DNA of 64,000 bases from a virus, in the IMG/VR virus record IMGVR_UViG_3300022226_000002, positions 14,934-78,933 of that record, one strand, 5' to 3'. Below, one piece after another: positions 54,461-64,000 of this stretch. Both the position numbers and the translations under genes were made by a program. The notes below the pieces were generated by a model. That model ran no database searches and was not told the origin of the DNA. It was given only the letters and a program-made list of their open reading frames with translations. Each line of letters starts with the position of its first letter. Positions within the stretch are counted from its first letter, which is position 1.

Positions 54461-55093
54461 TTACCGGCCGTCGTAGACCATCTTTATCGACCCAACGACA
54501 CCGCGAATATCGACACCGAGGTCACCTGAATCCACACCGTTAATCGACATGCGCACATCCAGGATGTCGCCAGGATTCAATGTTGTTGCCGTGATGGTGA
54601 AATCGACGTCAACATACGACAGCGACATGATGTTGTTGGCAACGGCGGCAGAAGCCAGATCCGCACTGATGCCGCGCTCTTCATCGCTCCTGTAGGCTGC
54701 GATGTCCAGCGTGCAGGTCGTATCAGCGACCGTGGTGTGCATCCCGCCGTGGAACCGCAACTTGAACGATTGTCCAGCCACATAATCTTGCGGAATCTCG
54801 GCCAGAAAGCGGGCGTACGCCGTCGTACTTGTTCCGCCAAAGTCCACCGTCTGAACCGACGGCGAATTGGTGGCGAACGTTCCGCCCACCAATCCAAGGT
54901 CATCGGTGGCGGGCGTCGCCGGCAGAAGGGTGCCGAAGGCGTCCCAGACCCGCAAGGACGAAAATGGCACAACCTGCTCTTTGGATTCGTTCGCCAGGAT
55001 TGCTGACTTGTTCTTCAGGGGCGTAACGCTTCCAGTCAGCCGCAGGTCCCCTGAACATACAACATCACCAGGAAATGTAGTTGGATTAGCCAC
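54461..55093 (-). CDS. Virion structural protein (beta-rich)
   Basis: GGGAG RBS with GTG start; 210 aa. Confidence 0.6.
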   Translation of the reverse strand: MANPTTFPGDVVCSGDLRLTGSVTPLKNKSAILANESKEQVVPFSSLRVWDAFGTLLPATPATDDLGLVGGTFATNSPSVQTVDFGGTSTTAYARFLAEIPQDYVAGQSFKLRFHGGMHTTVADTTCTLDIAAYRSDEERGISADLASAAVANNIMSLSYVDVDFTITATTLNPGDILDVRMSINGVDSGDLGVDIRGVVGSIKMVYDGR

Positions 55094-55164
55094 TTGAAAT
55101 CTCTCCCTTAAAAGTTGACACAAAAAACAGTAGTTCTACGGTGTAACCCAGACTCCCCGCATAA

Positions 55165-57600
55165 CTAAGGGGTAACCCAACCTCCCCCAGCATCTCCGAG
55201 CCCTGTGGCCAACTGCACGAGAGCCTCGAAGTTCGGCGGAACATCCTCTCGCCGTTCAACAAAACCGTATACGCCGATGAGGATTTTGTTGCGTTCATCC
55301 AGCTGGTAGGCCATCAGACGCATACACTCGTCGTGCTTTGCCTGAAGGCCAGCAAGTCGCTGGGCAGACTCGTTCATCTTTTCGACGATTGCACGGTGCT
55401 TGTGTTCGGCCAGCAGTGCGGACTGCTGCAACGTCAGCTGCGAGTAACGCTCCTTGCCGGAAATGACGCCATTCACAGCGTCCTGGAGGAAGCCTAGCAG
55501 CCGTTCGCGTTCGGACATCGTAACTCGTGACACGTCCTGGCTTGTGGCATTTTGCCTGTCGATGCCGGCCAAATGCTGTGATTCGATTTGTGACAGCTGC
55601 TCCAACAACCTGTCTCTCTGCCCGGCGTTCCACTGAGTAACTGCCTGGCGAAGGTTCTGAAGCCGCGCTGCTTCCTCCGTCAGTAATTGCTTGATCTGGC
55701 GAGTCGCGTCGTACAGTTGCGATTCAATCGACACGCTGAGCCTGGTGTACGCTTCACGCACGGCATACAACGACTGCCGGCCTGCGATCGTGCGGTCACG
55801 AAGACTCTGAAGCATTTGATATTGTCCGGTAATCGTAGTCGCCTGGTATCGCCACACTTCCTGCTGAACAGCATTCAAGCGATCGATTCCGGCCAGGGTT
55901 CTGTCGCGAGCGCTCTGCTGCAGGCCGAAACGGCTTGTGAGTTGGGCGACGTTCTTCGACAGCACGTCCTGCTTGACGTTGTGCTCTCGATCGATGCCAG
56001 AGATGGTCCTATCGCGGGCGCTTTGCAGAAGGCCGTAACGACTCGTCAGTTGAGCGACATTGCCGCGGAGGACTTCTTGCTCGACTGTGTGTAGGCGATC
56101 CGCAGCATTGAGCTTTCTATCACGCATCGCAAATTGTTGACCGTACAGTCGGTGTTGGTTTTCCAGCTTCTCACGCATCAACCGATCGTTCAGAGCCTGG
56201 ATTTGTTCGTCCTTGTCCCGTTCGTTTCGAGACTTAATGTCCACCGCGACTGCGCTTGAATACAGGCCACGATCCGTCAAGTCCTGCAACTGCGCGGAAA
56301 GAGTTGAGGTGAAATGCTCGTTGATGCGAGCTAGTTCCGTCGCTCCAAGGTCCACCAGAAATGCGGTGGACACGTCAGAGTGCGTCGTGTATTCAGGCTG
56401 CAGGTTGGCGAGTTCATTGGTGTAATTCGCAGCATGGTCGGTAAACGCACTATTCGCCGCTACCCGTTCAGCATCCAAGTCCGGTGCGATGGCAGTGTAG
56501 TCGGTCTCGAGCAAATCCACCTTGGTGCCGAAGTCGGTCTCGAATGTCGACAATGCGGAATTCGATGTAGTACGCTCGGAGTCCAGGGCCGTGGCGATCG
56601 TGGTGTAGTCGGTAATCAATAGGTCCACCGTCGTTCCGTAGTCGGTGGCGAATGTAGTGAGTTCCGCTGTTCCGAGCGCTAGTAACGCATCCACCTCCGT
56701 ATCCATGGTGTCGTATTCGCCTTGAAGGCCATCCAAGACTGCCTCTATGTCGGTGGTCACGTTAAACAGGTCAATCTTGGCGTTCGACAGCATATCATCG
56801 AGCTCGGCATCGTAGTCCGCATACGCCAATTCCAAGGAGTCCAAGTGTTCCGTTTGGCTTGTCGCAAACGCCGAAAGATCGGTATCGCCCTGTGTGAGAA
56901 GCGTCTGGATTTGGCTCAAATGCGCCGAGTAGTTGGTGTCCAAGTCAGCGAGCTTGGCAGCAAGGTCCGCCAAAAACGTCGTCAGGTATCCGTCCTGCGT
57001 TGTCAACAAGGCTTCAATCTGAGTCGTACTGGAAGTGACGTTCGTTTCCAAATCTGCCAGTTTGGCGTGCATTTCCGTCAGCTTGTCTTTCGCCTCGCTG
57101 GACTCCAGAAGGAGTTGAGCCTGATTGGCCTCAATCAGACCGTCCACTTCGTTCATGTACGTGTCGAGATTGCCCAGGTACAACGTCGCGTGAAGATCCT
57201 GTTCTTCAGACTGTTCCTCAAACTGGTCATGGCTGGTGTCCAGCATCTGCGCCCAGCTGGTGAGGACGTCGTTGTACCGCACCGTAACGTTCGTGTCCGC
57301 CTCGTTTTTCGCCCTCGTATACGATTCCAAAAGCGACTGGAGAATAAGCCAGTTCTGGAGCGATTGCCGCGTCATCGCGTAAGAGGGTGTCGGCGGAACC
57401 GTCGTGTTGTCGTAAGTGATGTCGGTAATCTGCCATCCTTGCGCAACTAGCCAGCCAACCGACTCGGATGGGATATTGTCGATATTCTGAGTAACCCACC
57501 ACGACGGAGAATATGGAGTCGCCTCAAGAACATGGTAAATTGGAGACTGGCCAATAAGTTGCTGTGGGACTGGATCGCAAGGCATGGTTACTACCTCCAA
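55165..57600 (-). CDS. Long alpha-helical virion protein with 36-aa repeats
   Basis: NVAQLTSRxGLxQSARDRT repeats; coiled coil. Confidence 0.65.
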   Translation of the reverse strand: MEVVTMPCDPVPQQLIGQSPIYHVLEATPYSPSWWVTQNIDNIPSESVGWLVAQGWQITDITYDNTTVPPTPSYAMTRQSLQNWLILQSLLESYTRAKNEADTNVTVRYNDVLTSWAQMLDTSHDQFEEQSEEQDLHATLYLGNLDTYMNEVDGLIEANQAQLLLESSEAKDKLTEMHAKLADLETNVTSSTTQIEALLTTQDGYLTTFLADLAAKLADLDTNYSAHLSQIQTLLTQGDTDLSAFATSQTEHLDSLELAYADYDAELDDMLSNAKIDLFNVTTDIEAVLDGLQGEYDTMDTEVDALLALGTAELTTFATDYGTTVDLLITDYTTIATALDSERTTSNSALSTFETDFGTKVDLLETDYTAIAPDLDAERVAANSAFTDHAANYTNELANLQPEYTTHSDVSTAFLVDLGATELARINEHFTSTLSAQLQDLTDRGLYSSAVAVDIKSRNERDKDEQIQALNDRLMREKLENQHRLYGQQFAMRDRKLNAADRLHTVEQEVLRGNVAQLTSRYGLLQSARDRTISGIDREHNVKQDVLSKNVAQLTSRFGLQQSARDRTLAGIDRLNAVQQEVWRYQATTITGQYQMLQSLRDRTIAGRQSLYAVREAYTRLSVSIESQLYDATRQIKQLLTEEAARLQNLRQAVTQWNAGQRDRLLEQLSQIESQHLAGIDRQNATSQDVSRVTMSERERLLGFLQDAVNGVISGKERYSQLTLQQSALLAEHKHRAIVEKMNESAQRLAGLQAKHDECMRLMAYQLDERNKILIGVYGFVERREDVPPNFEALVQLATGLGDAGGGWVTP

Positions 57601-58679
57601 CTACCGCTGAGCATTGCTTCAAGCGAAGACGTTTCGTAGGCCCAACTGCCTACGCTTGATAGCCATAATACCAGGAAAACAGCTCTCGTACGCGGATACG
57701 CCCGGTTCGACCGCCCGGCCGACCATAAGCCACTCGCCGAGACGTAGCTTGAGAAGTCGCCTGCAGCTAGTGAAGCCGTGATCGCGGCCTTGCCGTTGGC
57801 CGCCGCGGCCTCGGCAGTGTCGCCCGTCACCAGCCGCCACGTCACGTCGGCGCTTCCGGCGGCAATGTTCCCGTTCAGATGAAGTACCCGCCCGAAGCTG
57901 TTGGGCTGCCCAAGCTGCAACGGGCCGATCAGAACGTGGCTGTCCGTCTCGGCTGTATCGTACGGCCAGAAGCTTTGACGCTCGATGTCGTACATCCAGT
58001 CCAGGCCGGTCGTCGTCGTAATGAACACGCCGCGAGTGGCGTGATTGTAGGTGAGCTTCAGGGATGAGTCCGAGATCCCCGTAAGGTCTTCGGGAATCTT
58101 GTGCTCGGAGATGGCAGTCAACCCACTTCCATCCGCTCCGACTGAATACAACCCGCTGGCTGACATGAAATACGCCGTGTCTTCCACCATGCACCAGGCG
58201 TCCGCGCCGATGATTCCCACTTCATCTGACACGCGCCGCCTCGGTCCTGAATGCGGGTCGCCCTGCTGAACCCATGTCTCGTCGGCTGTCCATGCGAGCA
58301 GGAATTGATCCTTATGAGGGGCCAGGGCGACTACGGTGCCGCCAGTTGCGCCCCCGTAGGACAACTGGAAGAGTGCTGGACGCATCGTGTCGGATACGTC
58401 CGAACTGAGCGTGGTGTCTGTGTCGTCGCCCATCCGCGTAGCAGTAATGGCGTTCGTGCTGAACGTGAGCAGGCGGTCACGGTAGCGAGCTTCCGGTCTC
58501 GCACCTGCGGCGATTCCGGTGAAAGAGCCGCCGCGAAGGCGATTCGTTAGAGCATCTTCAAGACGGGTATTCACCGCCCACGGCGTGGCGTATTCGGGCT
58601 GCCGACCTTCCGGCCGCAAGCCGAACCGCCTTACAACACCAAGACGCGGGAATCGGAGAATCATTGTCTTGCTAGGCAT
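57591..58679 (-). CDS. Tail nozzle/DNA-stabilisation-like protein
   Basis: Beta-propeller-like pattern (VSDEVGIIG..AYFMSASGLY..AISEHKI); position among tail genes. Confidence 0.55.
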   Translation of the reverse strand: MPSKTMILRFPRLGVVRRFGLRPEGRQPEYATPWAVNTRLEDALTNRLRGGSFTGIAAGARPEARYRDRLLTFSTNAITATRMGDDTDTTLSSDVSDTMRPALFQLSYGGATGGTVVALAPHKDQFLLAWTADETWVQQGDPHSGPRRRVSDEVGIIGADAWCMVEDTAYFMSASGLYSVGADGSGLTAISEHKIPEDLTGISDSSLKLTYNHATRGVFITTTTGLDWMYDIERQSFWPYDTAETDSHVLIGPLQLGQPNSFGRVLHLNGNIAAGSADVTWRLVTGDTAEAAAANGKAAITASLAAGDFSSYVSASGLWSAGRSNRAYPRTRAVFLVLWLSSVGSWAYETSSLEAMLSGSWR

Positions 58680-59674
58680 GACTCGGCCCCCGTGACGCTA
58701 TCCTCACGCTCTTTCTGTTTCGCTAGGTCGCTTTCTATCCACCCAGGAATTGGCCAGAAATGTTCGAGTAGCCACGACAACGGCAGTGTTTGCTTGGGGT
58801 GTTTGTTGTTGGTCCAGATGTCACGCGAGTAGGCGCGTGCTGCATCTATGTCCCGCTGCGAAATCGGATACGGCCAGGACGACCCGTTGCGAGAAAAATT
58901 TCCTGTTCTGAACATATGCCCAAACCAAGTCCCAGTGTTCGTTACCATCCTTCCTCCGGACAGCCACGCCTTGCAGGCCAGCTCCGTCCCATACTGTCCC
59001 CATCCTTGACTGTTTCCGTGATCCTCCATCCCACCTAATTCCCAGAAACGCTCCCGCTCCATCAGGAAGCATGCGCCAATGCACGTCATCGTTTCAATTA
59101 GCCCTGCGTCAACTTGCGGCTGTACCTCTGGTCGTCTGGGATACTGCCTCCAGTATTGAAAGTGAAGGCTGGAGTCGAACCGCCATGCCACAGTAGGTGC
59201 GTATTGGATGCGAGGTTGCCATACCATCGCCATCGTGAAATCCGATCCGCCACATTCTTTGCACTTGTCGGGTTTCCCCCCCTGATACTCACGCTCTCCA
59301 CATTCACACATCCAATCGAAGACGTGCAGCCTGTGCATCGCTGGAATCATGGTCATATCCGGCTCCATCTTGTCCAGCATCTTCACGTCGAAGCCATCGT
59401 CGACTGCACAGTGAGCGTCGAGCTTCATAATGTACTTAGCCTGGCTCAACCTGGCTCCGGCGTTCGTGGCGGCCCGCTGACCGACCGGGTCGCTGAAATG
59501 GATCACTTGCAATCGCGGGTGGTCTTCCAGCGGAGGATCTGGCCAATATCCGTCGCAGACTGCAATGACTTCTGTGTCCTCGCTGCTGTGTGCCAATACG
59601 TCGTCCACGGTGTGACGCATGAACTGCTCGTTGCGTCCGGGCACAATCACGCTCAGGAGTTTATCTGTCGACAC
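58661..59674 (-). CDS. Glycosyltransferase family 2
   Basis: LSVIVPGRNE, IAVCDG, RAATNAGA, MKLDAH and GACFLM motifs. Confidence 0.9.
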   Translation of the reverse strand: MSTDKLLSVIVPGRNEQFMRHTVDDVLAHSSEDTEVIAVCDGYWPDPPLEDHPRLQVIHFSDPVGQRAATNAGARLSQAKYIMKLDAHCAVDDGFDVKMLDKMEPDMTMIPAMHRLHVFDWMCECGEREYQGGKPDKCKECGGSDFTMAMVWQPRIQYAPTVAWRFDSSLHFQYWRQYPRRPEVQPQVDAGLIETMTCIGACFLMERERFWELGGMEDHGNSQGWGQYGTELACKAWLSGGRMVTNTGTWFGHMFRTGNFSRNGSSWPYPISQRDIDAARAYSRDIWTNNKHPKQTLPLSWLLEHFWPIPGWIESDLAKQKEREDSVTGAESCLARQ

Positions 59675-59711
59675 CTTGTTTCCCTTTCGTTATGGCTCCT
59701 CGCTCCAGTAA

Positions 59712-60389
59712 TCAGAACTCCCATGCTGGCCCCCCAATCCATTTCGTGGGGTCGGCCTGTGCCTCCAGTCGTTTCCTCTTGTACAGTGCTCGCATACGCC
59801 TGTGCGGACCTCTTAAATCAGTTCGCGGATGGTCTATGTGCGTGCCGGATACGTTCTCCCGAAACACCGGACGCAAACCCCTGCCGTACATTAGGCAGTC
59901 CGCGAACCATTTGTCGTCGCAACCAGGTTCCGTGAACTCTTCACAGTTTCCACCGATCGCGAATACATCCTCCCGAAGCACCGACCCTAAAAAGAAATAC
60001 GGCTTTCGCCTTCTCCGGCTAACATACTCCTTTTGGTCCCTGCTGTTGACCACGCGAGCCAAATGAAACGCCGCTCCAGACTTCAACGGGTCAACCAAGT
60101 CCCTGATCACGTCTGGTCCATCGTGTACCACATCGTCGCTCTGCAGGATCAACACTTCTCCGCTGGCACGTCGCATAGCGAGGTTGCGGGCCATAGACGG
60201 ATTTCGGTACTCGCCGCGACACCTGGCAATTAGGTGTATCGCGCGAGCATCCACTACTTCAGGCAAAGTGTCATGGGCCACGATGACATCGAACGCGAAC
60301 TCTGGCTTCTGCCGAAAGATCGAATCCAATACCCTCGACAACGTATCGGCTTTGTCGGCCACTGTTGCGATACAGAGGGAGCATTTCAT
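59712..60389 (-). CDS. Glycosyltransferase family 2
   Basis: SLCIAT, ARNLAMRRASGEVLILQSDD and IGGNCEEF..GCDD motifs. Confidence 0.85.
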   Translation of the reverse strand: MKCSLCIATVADKADTLSRVLDSIFRQKPEFAFDVIVAHDTLPEVVDARAIHLIARCRGEYRNPSMARNLAMRRASGEVLILQSDDVVHDGPDVIRDLVDPLKSGAAFHLARVVNSRDQKEYVSRRRRKPYFFLGSVLREDVFAIGGNCEEFTEPGCDDKWFADCLMYGRGLRPVFRENVSGTHIDHPRTDLRGPHRRMRALYKRKRLEAQADPTKWIGGPAWEF

Positions 60390-61456
60390 ACGAAGTTGCT
60401 GTGGGCTGGTTGGTCCTGCATGGCATAAAGGATGTATCGGTTCTGATCGTTATACATGCACCGCGGGCACGAGCGGGCATCGAATCTCGCAATCTTGTCC
60501 TGCACGGCATCACTGAACCATGCATCCTTGAACCGCATATCCTTGATGGAGCCCAGCAGCCCCAGCTCGTTGTAAGCGGTTACACAACACCGGTACAGGT
60601 TCTGATCACCGCCTATGTAGGTCGTCAGGTGATGCACTCCGCACAGGCTGTAATCTGGAGACTTCGCATGAAGATCCGAGAGCCTGGTCCCGAAGTTATT
60701 GAATACCGTAAATCCGTCGCCGTCATATTCCTCCTTGGCCGCACGACACAGTGCAGACGCCTCCTCGTAGAACCCGTCGAAGTAGCGGGCGTCCTCAGAC
60801 TGGAAGACGGCGGACAGTCGGACATTGCTGGCGCCCAAGTCCTTCGCTAACTTCACCCCTTCGACAATCTCCCGCCAGTTATCCCTAGTAACAACGAACC
60901 CGACTCCCAACACTGCATTCGCTTCTGACAGCCTCTGCACTGTATAGCAGGCTGCGTCGAAGTGCTTGGTCGACACCTTGCGGGTTCTGCTGTAGGTCTC
61001 GGCGGTTCCGGCGTCGATCGAGATCCTCACCCACATCGCTTGCCGGCCATTCTCGATCGTTCTGTCGGTCCATCGTACACCGTTGCTTACTATCCCAATG
61101 TCCAACCGCCCGTGACAGTATTCTAGGAACGAATTGAAGTCTGGGTGCAGCGTCGGTTCCCCGCCTCCGGTGAACTGAATGGCCTTTACGCCCATCTCAT
61201 GCGCGTCGGACAGAACCTCCAGAACCTTCAGCCCTGGGATCATCCTGTTCGGGTTATTGTTCCGGTTGCTTCCATCCCCGATTCCGAACAACTGGTTGCT
61301 GGGGTATGTCTCATCTCGGTAGGCACAGAGCGAACAGAACTGGTTGCACAAATCGCTCACAATTAACTGAATGTGGACCGGCGCCGACACCTCCTTGCCG
61401 ATTTTGTGTATCAGAGGAAGGTGGTGAATCAACTTGGCCGGGCCGTAGATACTCAT
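60386..61456 (-). CDS. Radical SAM protein with a SPASM/twitch domain
   Basis: CNQFCSLC, FTGGGEPTLHP, LYRCC and CPRC motifs. Confidence 0.9.
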   Translation of the reverse strand: MSIYGPAKLIHHLPLIHKIGKEVSAPVHIQLIVSDLCNQFCSLCAYRDETYPSNQLFGIGDGSNRNNNPNRMIPGLKVLEVLSDAHEMGVKAIQFTGGGEPTLHPDFNSFLEYCHGRLDIGIVSNGVRWTDRTIENGRQAMWVRISIDAGTAETYSRTRKVSTKHFDAACYTVQRLSEANAVLGVGFVVTRDNWREIVEGVKLAKDLGASNVRLSAVFQSEDARYFDGFYEEASALCRAAKEEYDGDGFTVFNNFGTRLSDLHAKSPDYSLCGVHHLTTYIGGDQNLYRCCVTAYNELGLLGSIKDMRFKDAWFSDAVQDKIARFDARSCPRCMYNDQNRYILYAMQDQPAHSNFV

Positions 61457-61483
61457 AGTTTCATTCAGCCTGTTTTGCAGATA

Positions 61484-62737
61484 TCACGCGCAAAACTCAT
61501 CTTCCTTCTCGTTTACCATGATGCTTTCAATGGCGTTGGACCAGTCTTTGTACGTCTCCTCGAAATACTTCCACGCCTCCACGATGCGCTCGCTGCTCAA
61601 GGCCGAGGTGCGGATGTTTCCGTAGTATTCCCCCGGGCGACCCTTATAGAACGTGTATTCCAGCGGCATGGTGTCCCAGTCGATGTCGTACATCTCTTTG
61701 TTGTTGTAGATCGGACTGCCGGGATACGGCTGAAATATCTTGACGTCAATGTCGTCCAATTGCACTTCACGCAGGAATCGATCCGTCTCGGCCAGCGTTT
61801 GTTCGTTCTCGCCAGGCAGGCCGATGATGAAGAACGCCTTTATGAACACCTTCCGATTCTTGAGCATCCTGACCGCCTCTCGCATCTGCGCGACGGTTTC
61901 GGACTTATTGACGTTCCTCAGTATCGTGTCGCTACCAGACTCGATTCCTATCCCCACGCCAATGCAGCCCGAATCAACCAGCATGTCGATGAATTCGTAC
62001 CCGTACTTGATAATCAGATCCGCTCGCACGAGGCACCGCCAGATGATTCCGCGCTGCTTCAGGTACTTGCACGCTTCGCTGGTTCGCCTTTTGTTCACAA
62101 TGAATATGTCTTCTGGAAACCCGATGGCGTCGTACCCGAACTCACAATGCAGCATGTCCAGTTCTTTAATCAGTCGGTCCGCGCTGTTGAGTCTCACGCC
62201 ACAATCGGTGTTTTTGCAGCAGAACGAGCAGTTCCAGGGGCATCCGCGAGAACTCATGACCGTGGTGGCAGGCTTGCCGTTCAGCTTGAAGCTATAGCTT
62301 TTGATGTCCACCAAGGTTCGATCAGGGATGGGGTATTCGTCCAGCGGGCGACTCTCGGCATAGATCACCTTGTCGTCGCCAAAGAACGCTCGTGAAGCGA
62401 CCAACTCGCCATCCCCGACGACGGTGCAGTCGAATCCATCTTCCTGGCACTGTTCGGGAACGAGTGTGGGATGCGGACCCCCTACCACTACTTTGGCGTG
62501 TGGATTCGTTTCCTTGATCCTGTGCATGCAATCCAGAGCCGAAGGATATTCCGGGCTAGTGCAGCCGAAGCCGTAGTAGTCGTAATCGGTTGGCAGATAT
62601 TCCAGCTCCCTGTCGTGAACAACGACATCGTGACCGTCCTGCTTGAGCCCGGCGCCTACCGCCAGCAGCCCAAGAGGCGGAAAGGCCCGTTCGTCGATCA
62701 GGAACGGAGACGGACAGCGCACTAGGCATATTGTCAT
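61484..62737 (-). CDS. Cobalamin-dependent radical SAM enzyme (class B methyltransferase-like)
   Basis: PPLGL, VVGGPHPT, VVGDGE, SRGCPWNCSFC, GIESGS and FIIGLPGE motifs. Confidence 0.9.
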   Translation of the reverse strand: MTICLVRCPSPFLIDERAFPPLGLLAVGAGLKQDGHDVVVHDRELEYLPTDYDYYGFGCTSPEYPSALDCMHRIKETNPHAKVVVGGPHPTLVPEQCQEDGFDCTVVGDGELVASRAFFGDDKVIYAESRPLDEYPIPDRTLVDIKSYSFKLNGKPATTVMSSRGCPWNCSFCCKNTDCGVRLNSADRLIKELDMLHCEFGYDAIGFPEDIFIVNKRRTSEACKYLKQRGIIWRCLVRADLIIKYGYEFIDMLVDSGCIGVGIGIESGSDTILRNVNKSETVAQMREAVRMLKNRKVFIKAFFIIGLPGENEQTLAETDRFLREVQLDDIDVKIFQPYPGSPIYNNKEMYDIDWDTMPLEYTFYKGRPGEYYGNIRTSALSSERIVEAWKYFEETYKDWSNAIESIMVNEKEDEFCA

Positions 62738-63483
62738 CGTGTGTGTCCTCTCTGTTGGCGGTGCCAGAAGACGTTAGTCCTCGTCTTGCGGGTCAAATCA
62801 TGAAATAGCCCGAAAGGATTGTAGTCCACGTCACCGCAGAACTGACCCCTAGGAAACATATAGATGAGTGGTTGGTGCTTATGAGTTCGGCCCTTTCCAG
62901 CGTGCTCCCACTGCCACCAGCGCCGCTTGAACAGGTTGTCTTCACCTTGAGGGTACTGTCGCCTTAGCACCAAACCCTCGTCATACCCGCCTAGTTCAAA
63001 GAACACCTCGCGATTCATGGCGTAAGTATTCGGGTGAAACGGGAGCTTGACTCCACGCCTCTTGTAGCGATCTGGCAACAGCCCGTATGCAAGCAAGACG
63101 TCACGATCCTGCGTGAAACTGCCATTCTCATCGAGCACGCCAAACTCGCGGCTGAACTGCATCTTCTGGCCGGTGAACTCGCGGACCTCCATGATCGCGC
63201 TCTTGGGGATGATGTAGCCCACGTCAACCATCAGCAGGTTCTGGCCCTTGGCGATCCGCGCCGCCTTGTTGCGTGCAATAGAGCTGGTCCATGGCCGCGT
63301 CTCGCCCGTCTTGTGAATTGTCACTACGTCGGGGACTATCGCCTTATCGAACTCCAAGGGCGGATCGCTACCGTCGTCCATGATGAGGATTTCCACGTCA
63401 TCCGGCAGATCCATCTTTCCCCAGTGCAGTAGATGCCTACGCACCACTTCGTGGCTGTTGAGTACCGGGACAATCATCGACAT
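62734..63483 (-). CDS. Glycosyltransferase family 2
   Basis: SMIVPV, IMDDGSD, ARNKAA and LGGYDE..GED motifs. Confidence 0.85.
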   Translation of the reverse strand: MSMIVPVLNSHEVVRRHLLHWGKMDLPDDVEILIMDDGSDPPLEFDKAIVPDVVTIHKTGETRPWTSSIARNKAARIAKGQNLLMVDVGYIIPKSAIMEVREFTGQKMQFSREFGVLDENGSFTQDRDVLLAYGLLPDRYKRRGVKLPFHPNTYAMNREVFFELGGYDEGLVLRRQYPQGEDNLFKRRWWQWEHAGKGRTHKHQPLIYMFPRGQFCGDVDYNPFGLFHDLTRKTRTNVFWHRQQRGHTR

Positions 63484-63548
63484 GTTCACAACAACACCTG
63501 CTGCGGTTCTTGAACATTGCTCAAAATGAGCGTAGTCGGATCCCCTGT

Positions 63549-64000
63549 TCATTCGACTAGCGCCCGATACAAACCAGCAATTCGCTCAATGTGGTATCCC
63601 TTCGCCTTCTCCCTGACACGAGCAGACATCTCCTCGTACAACGCGGGCTCATCCCTCAGTCTACGCACTTGAGCCACGACTTCACCCATGTTTTCCGCCC
63701 ACAGGCATTCATTCGTCCACTCCCTCGTGTAGGCTGGCTCAGGGAACGCTACCGTTGGAATCCCAAATGAGCCAGCGTTGGACAGCTTGAGTGGATTCAT
63801 GTGGCGAACAAGGTCCCTTGTGTGTGTCGGACGAAAGCTTACCTGAATATCAAGGCCCCTGTAGAACCTGACCACCTTGTGCCGTCGGCTGTAGTCGCTC
63901 GAAAACCGCCACTCCATTCCGATCTCCTTCATCAGCCGGTCCACGGCATGATGCGGCCATTGGATGGCAGAGTCTCCACCAGTGCATCCGACCGTCCTGA
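63549..64000 (-). CDS. GT-B fold glycosyltransferase, C-terminal part (5' end outside the window)
   Basis: LDIQV..KLSNAGSFGIPTVA..LYEEMSAR..YHIERIA pattern. Confidence 0.65.
   Translation of the reverse strand, partial: RTVGCTGGDSAIQWPHHAVDRLMKEIGMEWRFSSDYSRRHKVVRFYRGLDIQVSFRPTHTRDLVRHMNPLKLSNAGSFGIPTVAFPEPAYTREWTNECLWAENMGEVVAQVRRLRDEPALYEEMSARVREKAKGYHIERIAGLYRALVE

Overview
This is a 64-kb segment of a GC-rich tailed phage or prophage with podovirus-like structural genes. The host is probably a planctomycete (inference only). Most genes run on the minus strand. The window holds a portal (cut by the window edge), a tRNA(CAT), TerL, a probable TerS, a DHH phosphoesterase, a DNA methyltransferase and many small accessory genes. 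It also holds a DNA-metabolism module (ParB-like, SF2 helicase, HNH nucleases, 5'-3' exonuclease, csrA), a lysis-like cassette built on a papain-fold peptidase, and a 4469-aa DarB-like polyvalent protein. Further right are a mucin-like (SASVSATP)n protein, tail genes and a glycosyltransferase/radical-SAM cluster. The main find is at 4858-7156. A nuclease-less IS110/Nop-domain (TasA-like) gene and a partner gene are interleaved with 18 TIGR-like dual-spacer units (CGA-9 nt-TGWTRCCGA-9 nt-TG). Nine of these units are translated in frame inside the Nop-protein gene. The last bases of spacers A and B are complementary in 15 of 18 units, which implies 17-bp targets with a 1-bp overlap, and the first unit matches the operon's own leader. 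Other notable features: two genes overprinted inside the giant gene, domain cassettes flanked by direct repeats, five leader/terminator switches with the same design, and a CsrA-site-rich hairpin right after csrA. All family calls come from reading motifs by eye; no searches were run.
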